Of a DNA stretch of 64,000 nt, positions 35,058-45,332 are shown in pieces. The position numbers and the translations under genes are program-made. The stretch comes from Vicinamibacteria bacterium (GTDB lineage Bacteria; Acidobacteriota; Vicinamibacteria; Marinacidobacterales; Marinacidobacteraceae). The DNA lies in the NCBI GenBank assembly GCA_964291235.2, contig OZ219816.1, positions 672,001 to 736,000 of the forward strand, in the 5' to 3' direction. Positions within the stretch are counted from its first letter, which is position 1; each line of letters starts with the position of its first letter. The notes beneath the pieces were generated by a model. That model was not told the DNA's origin. It made no database searches and worked only from the letters and a program-made list of their open reading frames with translations.

Positions 35058-35163
35058 GTGCGCACCTTACCGGTTGGTGGGCCAGATGAGAGCGCGGCGA
35101 GGGGTACGGCTGGGAGGTGTGCTGGTGAGCCGGCGGAAGGGGGTTGCCCGGAAATTGGGTGCG

Positions 35164-35178
35164 GAATATCCGATATTC
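35164..35178. promoter_or_regulatory. Palindrome GAATATC-C-GATATTC upstream of the TA operon (putative antitoxin operator)
   Basis: Perfect 7-1-7 inverted repeat ~40 bp upstream of the antitoxin; TAGGCT -10-like box nearby. Confidence 0.5.
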
Positions 35179-35218
35179 GGAAAATACGCTAGGCTACTTC
35201 GCACACCGGAGAGTGAAG

Positions 35219-35470
35219 TTGACGCAGACACTCATAGTTTCCGACCGTGGCCAGATCACCTTGCCCGCCCGGGTTCGCAAGCGAATGGGGATCAAGGGGG
35301 GGGACGTGATGATTCTGGAAGATCGTTCCGAAGAGATCGTCCTGCGGCCCGGAATCGTCGTTGAGTTCGAGCGCTACACGGAGGAACAGATCGCCGAGTG
35401 GGACGTTGCCGATCGACTGGATGACGAGGAGCGGGCGCGCCTGCTTCAGGCGCTCAACCCCCGGAAGTGA
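35219..35470 (+). CDS. AbrB/MazE/SpoVT family antitoxin
   Basis: VSDRGQITLPARVRKRMGIKGGD...IVLRP; GTGA overlap with the PIN gene; alternative GTG at 35213. Confidence 0.88.
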   Translation: MTQTLIVSDRGQITLPARVRKRMGIKGGDVMILEDRSEEIVLRPGIVVEFERYTEEQIAEWDVADRLDDEERARLLQALNPRK

Positions 35471-35877
35471 GGCTCTTCCTGGACGCCAATGTGCTCTTCA
35501 CCGCCGCGCACAATCCACGCGGGAAAGCCGCATTCGTCATAGAGGCAGGGAAGAGTGGGCGATGGGATCTGGTCACCAGCAGCTATGCGAACGAAGAAGC
35601 CCGGCGCAATCTGACAGCGAAGTTCCCGCAAATCCTGGATGACTACGAAGCGTTGGTCTCCGGGATCCGCCCCGTGGGCCATCCGCCCGACCTTCCGTTT
35701 CCAGCGGGTGTGGCGGACAAGGACCGACCCATTTTTCGGGCAGCCCTCGCCAGCGGCGCGAGCCACTTGCTGACGGGTGACATCCGGGACTTCGGCCCAT
35801 TCATGAACCGCCCGGACCAGACGTTCGGTGTCCTGATTCAGACGGTAGCCGAGTTTCTCCGGTCTGTTGTGGACTGA
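35467..35877 (+). CDS. PIN domain (VapC-like) toxin
   Basis: MRLFLDANVLF, EARRNL, DKDRPIF and LLTGDIRDF motifs. Confidence 0.88.
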   Translation: MRLFLDANVLFTAAHNPRGKAAFVIEAGKSGRWDLVTSSYANEEARRNLTAKFPQILDDYEALVSGIRPVGHPPDLPFPAGVADKDRPIFRAALASGASHLLTGDIRDFGPFMNRPDQTFGVLIQTVAEFLRSVVD

Positions 35878-35903
35878 GCTGACCGAGCAGGATCTGATCG
35901 TCC

Positions 35904-37826
35904 TCAGATCACCCCGTGCAGCGGGCCGCCGGGCGCCGCCAGCGCGTCCGCTCGGCGGCTGACGGCCGGATCTTCGATCAGCGGTGGGGCGTGGTGGGGT
36001 TTGAGGCGAGCGTCGATCAGCACCGGTTCTACCGAGCTCCAGTGCTTGTGGCGGACGGCTGCCTGCCGGCCGTGGACATCGTGTGACGGATTGGACCGGG
36101 TAAAGGCCACCCAGAGAAGGTTCCGGAGGCTCTCGGCGGCGAACTCGGGATCGTCGCAGAGGACGACCAGCGGCATCCCGGTGAGATCCGCGCCATCCCG
36201 CTCTGCCGCGTCGAGGGCGCTCCAGAGCGGGGCGAGATCCGATTCCACCCGGTCGTAGGAATCGAATCGGGGTCCCCCGAGCACAAAGACACCCGGCAGG
36301 ACGGCCCGTAGCCCCGCAAACGGCCCGGGCAGCGAGGCGCCCACCCCGTCGGGCACCGCGGCGGCCAGCGATCTCCGCTCCGGTCCCGCGCCGGCGATGA
36401 CCAGCTTGGAACCCGCGTTCAGGCCCGTACCTGAATAGTCGAGGGTGTCGATGGTGGTCCGGGTCTGGAAGTGGAGATCCGACGCCAGATCTACCCGCCG
36501 CAATACATGATCGAGCATCCCCGGGATGTCGTGCGCGGCAAGTTCCGGAGCGTCCTCGCGGGCGGCGATGAAGAGGTACTTGGCGAGCGAACACTGCCCG
36601 AAGCCCAGGATCGCGTTGGCGATCGTCCACAGCTCCTGCGGCCGCCGGCCGGTGAACGGCGAGTAGCGCTCGCTGCCGACCGCGAGCAGCAGCGGGTGCA
36701 CCCCCGCCGCGTCCACCGCATGGACGGAATGGACGCCCGGCAGGGTGGTCGGCACCATCGGCTCGGTGATCTCGTGGATGAGCTGGCCGAAGGTGGTGTC
36801 TTCCTGGGGCGGACGCCCCACCACCGTGAGCGGCCAGATGGCTCCCGTCCGGTGGGTTACGGAAGTCACCCGTAGAACCGGGAAGGGATGGGTCAGGCTG
36901 TAGTAGCCGAGGTGGTCGCCGAAGGGGCCCTCCGGCAGGGTGTAGCCCGGGTCCACCCAGCCGGTGATCGTGAAGTCGGCGTCCGCCGAGACCACGAACC
37001 CGTCGTCCCGCCGCTGCCAGGCGAACCGCCGCCCGGCCAGCATGCCGGCGAACAGCAGTTCGCTCAACCCTTCGGGCAGCGGCATCACCGCGGCGAGAGC
37101 ATGCGCCGGGGGGCCGCCGACGAAGATGCTCACCCGCAGCGGTTCGCCGCGCCGCTCGGCCGCGGTGTGATGCACGCCGATGCCCCGGTGGATCTGGTAG
37201 TGCATCCCCGCTTCCCAGTCCCCGTACTCGCCGCCGGCGAGTTGGACGCGGTACATCCCGAGGTTCGAGGAGAGCGGCGCCCCGAGGGGGCCTCCGCCCG
37301 GCGGCGCGTCCGGATCCTCGGTGAAGACCTGGGGCAGGGTGATGAAGGGACCGCCGTCGTCCGGCCAGGAGGTGATGCGGGGAACATCCGGGAGGGAGAT
37401 CGCCTGCGCCTGGCTGGGAGCGGTCCGCACCCGGCGGGGCAGCGAGTGGAGGGCGGCCTCAGCGGCCCCGATCGCAACCGACGGCCGGCGGCGGAGGTCG
37501 GAGAAGACCTTGCCCGGTGCGGCCCGGTAGCGGACCGCCGCCTTCGCCCCGTCGAGGCCGTGGCGGAGCAGGAAGCGCGCCCGCTCCATGGTCCCGAAGA
37601 GGTTGGAAACGCACGGGAAGGCCGACCCCTTCACCCGCTCGTAGAGGATGGCCGGAGCTTTCGCCGCGTAGGCCCGGCGCTGGATCTCGGCGACCTCAAG
37701 GCGCCCATCCACCTCGTCCTGGATCCGGATGAGCATCCGGTTCCGTTCGAGGTCGGCTACGGCGTCGGCGAGGGACCGGTACGGCATCGTCAGCGGGGAG
37801 GGTACCGGGCGCGACGGATCCGACAT
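35904..37826 (-). CDS. UbiD family decarboxylase
   Basis: SNLFGT, DGGPFITLPQV, NLGMYRVQL, PEGPFGDHLGYYS, VGRPPQED and DTLDYSG motifs. Confidence 0.93.
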   Translation of the reverse strand: MSDPSRPVPSPLTMPYRSLADAVADLERNRMLIRIQDEVDGRLEVAEIQRRAYAAKAPAILYERVKGSAFPCVSNLFGTMERARFLLRHGLDGAKAAVRYRAAPGKVFSDLRRRPSVAIGAAEAALHSLPRRVRTAPSQAQAISLPDVPRITSWPDDGGPFITLPQVFTEDPDAPPGGGPLGAPLSSNLGMYRVQLAGGEYGDWEAGMHYQIHRGIGVHHTAAERRGEPLRVSIFVGGPPAHALAAVMPLPEGLSELLFAGMLAGRRFAWQRRDDGFVVSADADFTITGWVDPGYTLPEGPFGDHLGYYSLTHPFPVLRVTSVTHRTGAIWPLTVVGRPPQEDTTFGQLIHEITEPMVPTTLPGVHSVHAVDAAGVHPLLLAVGSERYSPFTGRRPQELWTIANAILGFGQCSLAKYLFIAAREDAPELAAHDIPGMLDHVLRRVDLASDLHFQTRTTIDTLDYSGTGLNAGSKLVIAGAGPERRSLAAAVPDGVGASLPGPFAGLRAVLPGVFVLGGPRFDSYDRVESDLAPLWSALDAAERDGADLTGMPLVVLCDDPEFAAESLRNLLWVAFTRSNPSHDVHGRQAAVRHKHWSSVEPVLIDARLKPHHAPPLIEDPAVSRRADALAAPGGPLHGVI

Positions 37827-37870
37827 CGGCTATTCCTGTCCCGATGCCCCCCGAAGTAGCATCCAGAGAG

Positions 37871-38830
37871 ATGAAGAAGAAAACGATCAGTCTGATAGGT
37901 GTGCCGCTGGATTTGGGAGCTGGGTGCCGGGGAGTGGACATGGGGCCCTCGGCGATCCGCCGTGCAGGGATCGCAGTGCGGCTGGAGCGGCTCGGATACC
38001 TCGTGGAGGACGCCGGGAATCTTGAGGCGCCCCTCGCCGAAACGCTCGCCGGACCGGGCGCGGTGAACGCCCGCTATCTGAAGGAGGTAGTCCGGGTTCT
38101 CGAACATCTCGCGTGCGAGGTGCGCCGTCACCGGGCCGAGGGCAGGCTTCCGGTCGTTCTCGGTGGCGACCATTCCATCGCTCTCGGCACCGTTTCCGGG
38201 ATGACCGGATGCACGCACCGGGGCGGGGGTTACCCGCTGGAACAGCGTCTTGGACTCGTGTGGGTCGATGCCCACACGGACGCGAACACCCCCGAAACCT
38301 CTCCCAGCGGCAACCTGCACGGGATGCCGCTGGCCGCTCTGCTGGGTCGCGGCCCCGAAGCGCTCACCCGGGTGGGAGGTTTCGCTGCGGGAGGCACGCG
38401 GGTGAAACCGGAGAACACCGCGCTGATCGGTGTCCGGAGCGTTGACTCGGCTGAAGCCGGGGTCGTGGCGGACCTGGGGATACGGGTCTATACGATGGAA
38501 GAGGTGGATCGCCGGGGCTTCGCGACGGTGGTGGACGAGGCGATCGCCCGGGCACTCGACGGGACCGACGGAATGCACCTCAGCATGGACATGGACGGAC
38601 TTGATCCGGAGGTGGCGCCCGGAGTCGGGACTCCCGTCCGGGGCGGGCTCAGCTACCGCGAGGCGCACACGCTGATGGAGGCGGTCGCGGAAAGCGGCGG
38701 ACTGCGTTCGCTCGAAGTGGCCGAGGTGAATCCGATCCGCGACATCCGCAACCAGACCGCCGAACTGGCGGTCGAGTTGGTCGCGTCTGCGCTCGGGAAG
38801 CGCACGCTTCCGAGGATCGGGAGATCCTGA
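37871..38830 (+). CDS. rocF: Arginase
   Basis: GVDMGP, GGDHSIA, DAHTD, SGNLHGMP, SMDMDGLDP, PGVGTPV and EVNP motifs. Confidence 0.95.
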   Translation: MKKKTISLIGVPLDLGAGCRGVDMGPSAIRRAGIAVRLERLGYLVEDAGNLEAPLAETLAGPGAVNARYLKEVVRVLEHLACEVRRHRAEGRLPVVLGGDHSIALGTVSGMTGCTHRGGGYPLEQRLGLVWVDAHTDANTPETSPSGNLHGMPLAALLGRGPEALTRVGGFAAGGTRVKPENTALIGVRSVDSAEAGVVADLGIRVYTMEEVDRRGFATVVDEAIARALDGTDGMHLSMDMDGLDPEVAPGVGTPVRGGLSYREAHTLMEAVAESGGLRSLEVAEVNPIRDIRNQTAELAVELVASALGKRTLPRIGRS

Positions 38831-38847
38831 CCCGCCGGATTCCGACG

Positions 38848-39585
38848 GTGAGCACCAGCGGTTCCTCTCCCGCGGTTCACGACGCCCCCGACGGTGGGGG
38901 CGGATCGGTGAGTGTCGCGGTCCATGAACCAGCTGGGACCTCGCCGGCCCCGCCCGTCCTGCTCCTCACCCACGGCGCTGGCGGTAATCGGGACACGCCG
39001 GGTCTCGTTTCGCTGGCCGAGTCCCTCGCCGAACGAGACGTCCGCGCCGTCCGGTTCAACCTGCCGGCAGCGGAAGCCGGGCGGAGGCGTCCCGATCGTC
39101 CCGGCCGCGCCATCGCCTGCATCGCCGCCGTGCTGGATTGGACAGCGCGGAAGTACGGGGGTCCTCTCTTCGTCGGGGGCCGCTCGTTTGGCGGGCGGAT
39201 GGCCTCGCTCCTGCTCGCGGATGAAACCGCGGCAGCGCGTCGCCAGGTGGCGGGCCTGGTGCTCCTCGCCTATCCCCTGAAGCCGCCGGGCAAGCCGGAA
39301 GTGCCCGCGGAGCGGATGGAGCACCTCGGCCGCCTCGACGTTCCCACCCTGTTCGTGAGTGGCGACCGGGACCCTTTCGCGCCGCCAAATCTACTGAACC
39401 CGGTCGTCGTCGGCGCGGGCGCGGAGTTGCGCTGGATCAAGGGGGGCGACCACGGGTTCCGGGTTCCGAAGGCCATCCTCGCCGCCACGGAGCGCACTTC
39501 AGCCGAGGTTCGCCGTGAGATCGCCGAAGCGGTGGCGACTTTCATCGCCGCCACCGCCGCCGGCAGCCCGACCGGCGTCGGGTAG
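38848..39585 (+). CDS. Alpha/beta hydrolase (KANL3/Tex30-like)
   Basis: HGAGG, GGRSFGGR nucleophile elbow, LAYPL, GDRDPF and GGDHGF motifs. Confidence 0.88.
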   Translation: MSTSGSSPAVHDAPDGGGGSVSVAVHEPAGTSPAPPVLLLTHGAGGNRDTPGLVSLAESLAERDVRAVRFNLPAAEAGRRRPDRPGRAIACIAAVLDWTARKYGGPLFVGGRSFGGRMASLLLADETAAARRQVAGLVLLAYPLKPPGKPEVPAERMEHLGRLDVPTLFVSGDRDPFAPPNLLNPVVVGAGAELRWIKGGDHGFRVPKAILAATERTSAEVRREIAEAVATFIAATAAGSPTGVG

Positions 39586-39597
39586 GGGGCTTCCCGC

Positions 39598-40968
39598 TTA
39601 CTTCGGTCCGAAGACCCAGGACATCCCGATGGTGAAGGTGTTCTGGCTCATCGAAAGGCCGTCGCCACAGCCGGAGCAGTTGAAGAAGGGCGCGTCCGAC
39701 CAGTCCCGCCGGTACTCGAGCCGGGCCAGGAAGCGCGCGTCGTCGACCACCGGCTGGAACTCCAGCGTGATCGTGTTCTCCATGAGCATCTGCTCGAGTC
39801 CGGTGGAGCGGGCCTCGCGGTCGTTCATGAACTCGTAGCGCTCGGCGATCCGCACCTGGTCGTTCACGTGGAACCGGAGGTATCCGCCCAGTCCCCACGA
39901 CGTTGCGCTGGTCCCCATCTCGTCGGTTGCCGATATGTAGTCCATGTTCACCATGGCCTCGAAGCGGTCGCTGATGCCGAGGTAGGCGTTCCAGCTCAGA
40001 TCCCGCAGCCAGCCGTCATTGGTGCCGGCGTTTTCTGGGCCGTTGATCCAGGTCAGGGTGGTGTTGAACTGGTCGTTCGGCGCGAGCGAGCCCTGGAGCC
40101 CATAGGACTTCCCGGTGTTCTGGTCCCAGGCGTTGTCGAAACCGTTCACCAGCATCAGGGTTCCGGTGAAGGTGTCGCTGAGCGGCACGCCCAGCCGCGC
40201 TCCAACGTGCGAGAAGGGCTCGTTCCAGGCCCAGAGGATCCCGCGGGAGTAGTTCCAGTTCAGATGCGATTCCGCGACCTCGAGTCCGGCGATCGTCCCG
40301 AAGGCGCCCATGTCGAACTGGGCGCCGTTGCCGAACCGGTAGTAGCCGTAGGCCTGCTGGACGTACAACAGGTCGGCCAGCGGCCCCGGCTCGAGTCCGT
40401 CACGGAAGAGGCGCGCCCCGGAGCCGAACCAGATGTCGGAGCGGAACCCGAAGGGGCCGTCGCCGGCGGTTTCGATCTCCAGTTTGAGCTGGTTCAGGCC
40501 GAATCCGCGGGCGTTGGGGTTCGTGTAGTAGAGGGTGTTGTTTCCGTCCTGGGGATCATTGGCGTTGTGGGTGTAGTAGGTGTCCACCAGACCGGTGATG
40601 GAGAGCGGCTGCCCGCCGGTGCTCGCGGTGCCCTCGGGCATTCCAGAGTCGTCGTCCTGAGCCACGGAGCCGGGGACCGCCAGTTCGGGGGTGGCGGAGG
40701 CCGCGCCGTCGGCGGCCGCGAGGGCCAGGTTGGGCGCGCCTCCCGAAGGGATCCCGCCTTCTCGCGACGCCACCAGGGTGGCGAGCAGCACTTCGAGATC
40801 CTCGATGCGTTCGCGCAGTGAATCCAGTTCGCCGCGGATCTCCGCCTCGAGCTCCGCAGTGGTGACCGCGGCGCTGCCGGGTGCTTCCCCGGCGGCAGCC
40901 AGGGGCGGCGCCGCCATTACAAAGAGAACGGGCGCGACGAAGGCCGCGCCCGCAAGTCGTTTCTTCAT
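39598..40968 (-). CDS. Putative outer-membrane beta-barrel porin (BBP2/OmpL-like) with N-terminal coiled coil
   Basis: SD AAGGAGA plus signal peptide; GLVDTYY, QQAYG, NWNYSRG, RLEYRRD and terminal WVF. Confidence 0.8.
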   Translation of the reverse strand: MKKRLAGAAFVAPVLFVMAAPPLAAAGEAPGSAAVTTAELEAEIRGELDSLRERIEDLEVLLATLVASREGGIPSGGAPNLALAAADGAASATPELAVPGSVAQDDDSGMPEGTASTGGQPLSITGLVDTYYTHNANDPQDGNNTLYYTNPNARGFGLNQLKLEIETAGDGPFGFRSDIWFGSGARLFRDGLEPGPLADLLYVQQAYGYYRFGNGAQFDMGAFGTIAGLEVAESHLNWNYSRGILWAWNEPFSHVGARLGVPLSDTFTGTLMLVNGFDNAWDQNTGKSYGLQGSLAPNDQFNTTLTWINGPENAGTNDGWLRDLSWNAYLGISDRFEAMVNMDYISATDEMGTSATSWGLGGYLRFHVNDQVRIAERYEFMNDREARSTGLEQMLMENTITLEFQPVVDDARFLARLEYRRDWSDAPFFNCSGCGDGLSMSQNTFTIGMSWVFGPK

Positions 40969-41041
40969 GGTTTCTCCTTGGCCCATCCCGGGCGCTGTAC
41001 AAGCGAAACTGAACTCTCCCAAACCCCCGAGCCGACTCCAG

Positions 41042-42022
41042 CTAGTTTCCGTCTCCGGCGTTTTCGAGGGCGTAGCGGGCCACCGCCTCGTGGGTGGCGT
41101 ACCAAACATCGCCGGTCGCGCCCATGTGCTGGATCAGCCGCTCCAGCATGGCGATGCGCGAACGGTGGCCGATGACGTGGGGATGCATGGTGAGCAGGAA
41201 CATGCCGCCCTCCTCGTGCGCCATGTCGAACTCGGCCTTCCAGATGGACAGCACGTCGTCGGGGGTGCTGTGCGGGCGCAGTGACGAATATCGGCTGAAG
41301 CCGAAGTAGGGCGCGTCATCGAGGATCCATTCCACCGGGAGTTCCACGATTCCGGTGGCCTCCCCGTTGGCCACGATCTCGTAGGGCCAGTCGTCCGCCA
41401 TCAGGCTCGAGTCGTAGAGGAAGCCGAGATCGCGCACGATCCGCAGGGTGTTCGGGCTGTAGTCCCAGGACGGGGTGCGCAGGCCCACCGGACGGGTGCC
41501 CGTAAGTTCCGTGAGAGTGTCCAGAGCCCGTTCGATGAGTTCCTTCTCCACCTCTCCGGGGATCTGGGAGTTGCGTTCGTGGATCCAGCCGTGAACACCG
41601 ATTTCGTGTCCGTCCCCGACGATTTCGGCTACGTCGTCCTGGTAGATCAGGGCGCTGACCGCGGGGATGAAGAAGGAGGCCGGGATCTCGTACCGGCGGA
41701 GGAGATCAAGGACCCGCGGAAGTCCGGCCTTCGACCCGTACTGCCCGCGCGACAGGTTGGAGGCGGTGGTGTTGTTGTCGCGGAGCGAAACCGTTTCGTT
41801 GTCGAAATCGAAGGACAGCGCCACCGCGACGCGCGCTCCTCCCGGCCACGAGGCGGGGGCCAGGCGGCGGCCGGCCCGCACCGCGTCAATCGGCGCCCGC
41901 CACTCCGCCTCGGACCACTCCCAGGGCGGTTTCTCCGGTTCTTCGGCGGGCGCACCGGAATCGCAAGCGATCCATGACACTCCGGCGGCCAGCAGGATGC
42001 CGAACGTGACCCAACCACGCAT
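41042..42022 (-). CDS. Polysaccharide deacetylase (CE4, PgdA/PuuE-like), putative lipoprotein
   Basis: SFDFD, HEIGVHGWIHE, RTPSW, YDSSLM and LTMHPHVIG motifs; N-terminal WIAC. Confidence 0.88.
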   Translation of the reverse strand: MRGWVTFGILLAAGVSWIACDSGAPAEEPEKPPWEWSEAEWRAPIDAVRAGRRLAPASWPGGARVAVALSFDFDNETVSLRDNNTTASNLSRGQYGSKAGLPRVLDLLRRYEIPASFFIPAVSALIYQDDVAEIVGDGHEIGVHGWIHERNSQIPGEVEKELIERALDTLTELTGTRPVGLRTPSWDYSPNTLRIVRDLGFLYDSSLMADDWPYEIVANGEATGIVELPVEWILDDAPYFGFSRYSSLRPHSTPDDVLSIWKAEFDMAHEEGGMFLLTMHPHVIGHRSRIAMLERLIQHMGATGDVWYATHEAVARYALENAGDGN

Positions 42023-42090
42023 GAGTGCCGATTCTATGCGGTGCGGCGCGTTCCGGCCGAGGCGCCCCGAAACGGTAGAATGCGGCGCCC

Positions 42091-42675
42091 TTGTCCGCGC
42101 CCCACGACCCCTCCGCCCTGATTGTCAACCTGGCGGCGGTCCCTGCGCGGGGCGCCCGGGTGGCCATCTCCGCGGACCAGGCAGCACTGGGCTTTTCCGG
42201 CGCTGCTTTCGAGATCGTCGGCGAACTCCGTCTCGATGGGGAACTCGACCGGGTGGAGAGCGCCGGCTTCCGGCTCCTGGCGCGCCTCGCCGGCGCGCTG
42301 CGCCTCGAGTGCGTCCGCTGTCTCGGTCCGGTGGCGCTTCCCGTGGACGAGGAACTCGATCTCGTGTACCTGCCCCGCGGTGCCGATTCGACCGACCTGA
42401 CCGGCGGGGAGCGCGCCCTCGAAGCTTCGGACATGAACGTGTCCTTCGTTGAGGACGACCGGCTTGCTCTCGCCGACACCATGTGGGAGCAGCTCCACCT
42501 GGCGCTGCCCGTAAAGCCGCTCTGTTCCGCCAATTGCCGCGGGCTCTGCAACTCCTGCGGCGCCGACCGGAACCGTCAGCCGCTCTGCGGCTGCGAGGAG
42601 CAGGCCGCCGCCGCCGAGCGTACCGGCCTGGCGGCCCTCCGCGACCTGCCGGGTCTCCGGCGGCTCCCGGGCTAA
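42091..42675 (+). CDS. yceD: YceD/DUF177 ribosomal RNA accumulation protein
   Basis: ECVRCL, LALPVKPLCSANCRGLCNSCG; directly upstream of rpmF. Confidence 0.88.
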   Translation: MSAPHDPSALIVNLAAVPARGARVAISADQAALGFSGAAFEIVGELRLDGELDRVESAGFRLLARLAGALRLECVRCLGPVALPVDEELDLVYLPRGADSTDLTGGERALEASDMNVSFVEDDRLALADTMWEQLHLALPVKPLCSANCRGLCNSCGADRNRQPLCGCEEQAAAAERTGLAALRDLPGLRRLPG

Positions 42676-42742
42676 CACCCATCCGCCGCCGGACCGACAA
42701 CCGGCCATCAATGTCCTGAGAAACCAGACAGGAGTCAACGAA

Positions 42743-42928
42743 ATGCCGCAACCCAAGAGGCGCCACTCACGTGGTCGCCGCAACAATCGCCGCTCTCACG
42801 ACAGCCTCCAGGCTCCCGGACTCTCGGTCTGCACCGAGTGCAACCGGCGCATCCGGCCCCACGTGGTCTGCCCTCACTGCGGGTTCTACAAGGGCAAGAA
42901 GGTTCTCGACCTGGACCCGGGCGCCTGA
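42743..42928 (+). CDS. rpmF: 50S ribosomal protein L32
   Basis: MPQPKRRHS...RRSHD...CTEC...PHVVCPHCGFYKG. Confidence 0.96.
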   Translation: MPQPKRRHSRGRRNNRRSHDSLQAPGLSVCTECNRRIRPHVVCPHCGFYKGKKVLDLDPGA

Positions 42929-42986
42929 CAATCCGGCCTGACAATCTGGATTGCCCCGCCGAACCGAGTCACGGTAAGGATCTCGC

Positions 42987-43946
42987 GTGAGCCACCAAGC
43001 CTTCCTCTTTCCCGGTCAGGGCTCCCAGCGGCCCGGCATGGGCCGGGCGTTGGCGGATGCGTTTTCCGAGTCACGGACCGTGTTCGAGGAGGCGGATGAT
43101 GTCCTGGGCGAGCCGCTTTCCGCCCTTTGTTTCGAAGGGCCGGAGGAAGCGCTCCGACTGACGCGGAACACGCAGCCTGCCATGCTCGCGGTGAGCATCG
43201 CCGCCTGGCGGGCGGCCGAGGCTCGCGGCGCGGTCATGGACATGGCCGCCGGGCACAGCCTCGGGGAATACTCCGCGCTCGTTGCGGCCGGAGCGCTTTC
43301 GTTCGCCGACGCGCTCCGCCTGACCCGGCGCCGCGCCGAGTTCATGCAGGAAGCGGTGCCGGCGGGAGAGGGCGCAATGGCCGCGGTCCTGGGGCTTTCC
43401 CCGGAGGAGGTAGCCGCGGTCGCGTCGGAGGTGACGGCCCGCGGCGAGGGACTCGTGGAACCGGCCAACTTCAACGGCGGCGGGCAGGTGGTCATCGGTG
43501 GTCATACCGCGGCGGTGGCCGCCGCCGGGGACCAGTTGAAGGCCAGCGGGGCCCGGCGGGTCCTTCCGCTGCCGGTGAGCGCGCCGTTCCACACCCGGTT
43601 GATGCAGCCGGCGGCGGAGCGCCTTGCGGCGGAGCTGGAGGCAATCCCCTTTGCCGACCCCAGGGCGCCCCTGTGGACAAACGTGGATGCCGCTCCGGTC
43701 CGCACGGGAGCTGATGCCCGGGAGGCTCTGCGGCGTCAGGTGGCGTCGCCGGTGCGCTGGGAGGAAACCCTCCGGGGAATGGCCGCGGCGGGCGCCGCCA
43801 CCTTCGTCGAGATTGGAGTGGGCAAGGTCTTGACCGGCCTGGTGCGCAAGGTGCTGCCGGGTGTCGAGGCTCTTGCGGTGTCCGATCCGGCCGGCATCGA
43901 GCACGTTCAGCAGTTGCGGCCGGAGGCGGGGGCGAGCCTCGCGTGA
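42987..43946 (+). CDS. fabD: Malonyl-CoA:ACP transacylase
   Basis: FPGQGSQ, TQPA, GHSLGEY, VSAPFH and PVRW motifs. Confidence 0.96.
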   Translation: MSHQAFLFPGQGSQRPGMGRALADAFSESRTVFEEADDVLGEPLSALCFEGPEEALRLTRNTQPAMLAVSIAAWRAAEARGAVMDMAAGHSLGEYSALVAAGALSFADALRLTRRRAEFMQEAVPAGEGAMAAVLGLSPEEVAAVASEVTARGEGLVEPANFNGGGQVVIGGHTAAVAAAGDQLKASGARRVLPLPVSAPFHTRLMQPAAERLAAELEAIPFADPRAPLWTNVDAAPVRTGADAREALRRQVASPVRWEETLRGMAAAGAATFVEIGVGKVLTGLVRKVLPGVEALAVSDPAGIEHVQQLRPEAGASLA

Positions 43947-44713
43947 TGGTTGCCACGGCTCAGGTTCCCCGCGCGATGCCGTTCGCGGAGCAGACCGCTC
44001 TCGTTACCGGCGGCACCCGCGGGATCGGCCGCGCAATCGCCGTCCGTCTCGCCGACGAAGGGGCGAGGGTCTTCCTGACCGGTACCGACCCTGAGCGGGC
44101 CGCCGCGGTCGCCGCCGAGGTTGATGCGGGGCGCGGCCGCGCCTTTGGGCTGGCGCTCGATCTGACCGATCCGGAATCGGTCCGGCGCGCGGTGGCGGCG
44201 GCCGGCGCGGACGGCGGGTTGCAGATCCTCATCAACAACGCGGGGGTTTCGCGGGACAGCCTGCTGCTTCGCCAGTCGGCCGAGGCGTGGCGCGAAACGA
44301 TCTCCACGAATCTCGACGGCCTCTACGCTTGCTGTCAGGCCGCCGTGCGGCCTATGATCCGCGCCCGCTACGGTCGGATTGTCAATCTGAGTTCCATTGT
44401 GGGGCTCCGGGGCAATCCGGGTCAGACCGCCTACGCGACAACCAAGGCAGGGATTCTCGGCTTCACGAAGTCGCTTGCCAAGGAACTGGCGCGCCGAAAC
44501 GTCACCGTCAATGCGGTGGCTCCGGGACTCGTGGAAACGGATATGACCCGCGAGTTGCCGGAGGCGGCGCGGGAGCAGCTCGGAAGCGCCATTGCCATGG
44601 GGCGCCCCGGATCACCCGAAGAGGTGGCCGCCGCAGTCGTCTTCCTCGCCTCCCCCGAGGCGAGTTACATCACTGGCGCGGTCCTCGAGGTAACCGGGGG
44701 ACTCGCGCTCTAG
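43943..44713 (+). CDS. fabG: 3-oxoacyl-ACP reductase
   Basis: TGGTRGIG, NNAG, GQTAYATTK and VAPG motifs; within the fab operon. Confidence 0.93.
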   Translation: MMVATAQVPRAMPFAEQTALVTGGTRGIGRAIAVRLADEGARVFLTGTDPERAAAVAAEVDAGRGRAFGLALDLTDPESVRRAVAAAGADGGLQILINNAGVSRDSLLLRQSAEAWRETISTNLDGLYACCQAAVRPMIRARYGRIVNLSSIVGLRGNPGQTAYATTKAGILGFTKSLAKELARRNVTVNAVAPGLVETDMTRELPEAAREQLGSAIAMGRPGSPEEVAAAVVFLASPEASYITGAVLEVTGGLAL

Positions 44714-44895
44714 CAGCCTGTCGATAAAGTGACGTGAGCACCGAGAATAGTGAAGCGCCCGGCAGACAAGGCGCGTGAGGGAGGAATACCGAGTGTATTG
44801 CGACCGAAACGCAACGATGAGGGTCGCGCAGCGGCCCCGTTCAGCCGGGATGCATCGCTGTTCGAATGCCGCGTGACTTTATCGACAGGCTGCTA
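44711..44895. mobile_element. MITE family A, full-length structured copy (185 bp) on the fabG stop codon
   Basis: Perfect 20-bp TIR TAGCAGCCTGTCGATAAAGT/ACTTTATCGACAGGCTGCTA; core shared with the copies at 53445 and 62352. Confidence 0.85.
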
Positions 44896-44963
44896 ACCCG
44901 GCGCCTCCGCGCGATCCGGCAGGCATTCAACCAGAACAGAGCACAGACAGGAGAAACGAACTC

Positions 44964-45248
44964 ATGACGGACAAAGCCAACGAAGCGAACGGCGCTCCGG
45001 AAGTCGAGGAACTTCCGACCGACGAGCGCGTCCGCGAAATCATCTGCGAGCAGCTTTCGGTGGCTCCCGACGAGGTCACGCCCGAGGCAACCTTCGTAGG
45101 CGATTTGAGCGCGGACTCGCTGGACATGGTCGAGCTGATGATGGCGCTTGAAGAACAGTTCGGGATCGACATCTCGGAAGATCAGGCGGAACGGATCCAG
45201 ACTGTCGGCGATGCGGTGGCGTTCATCGAGCAGCGGATCGACAGCTGA
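44964..45248 (+). CDS. acpP: Acyl carrier protein
   Basis: [21 protein letters not shown]...IQTVGDAV. Confidence 0.95.
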   Translation: MTDKANEANGAPEVEELPTDERVREIICEQLSVAPDEVTPEATFVGDLSADSLDMVELMMALEEQFGIDISEDQAERIQTVGDAVAFIEQRIDS

Positions 45249-45332
45249 CCTGCGTCAGCGCCGATTCCGCGGGACAGCTCGCGGCGCCCTCGGGCTGCGG
45301 CTACCGGTCTGTCCTCAAGGCCGGGTAGTGGC

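Noticed and set aside
35219-35877. TA pair as a marker of a genomic island
   Set aside because: No integrase, att repeats or tRNA nearby; it looks like an ordinary solitary AbrB-PIN module.
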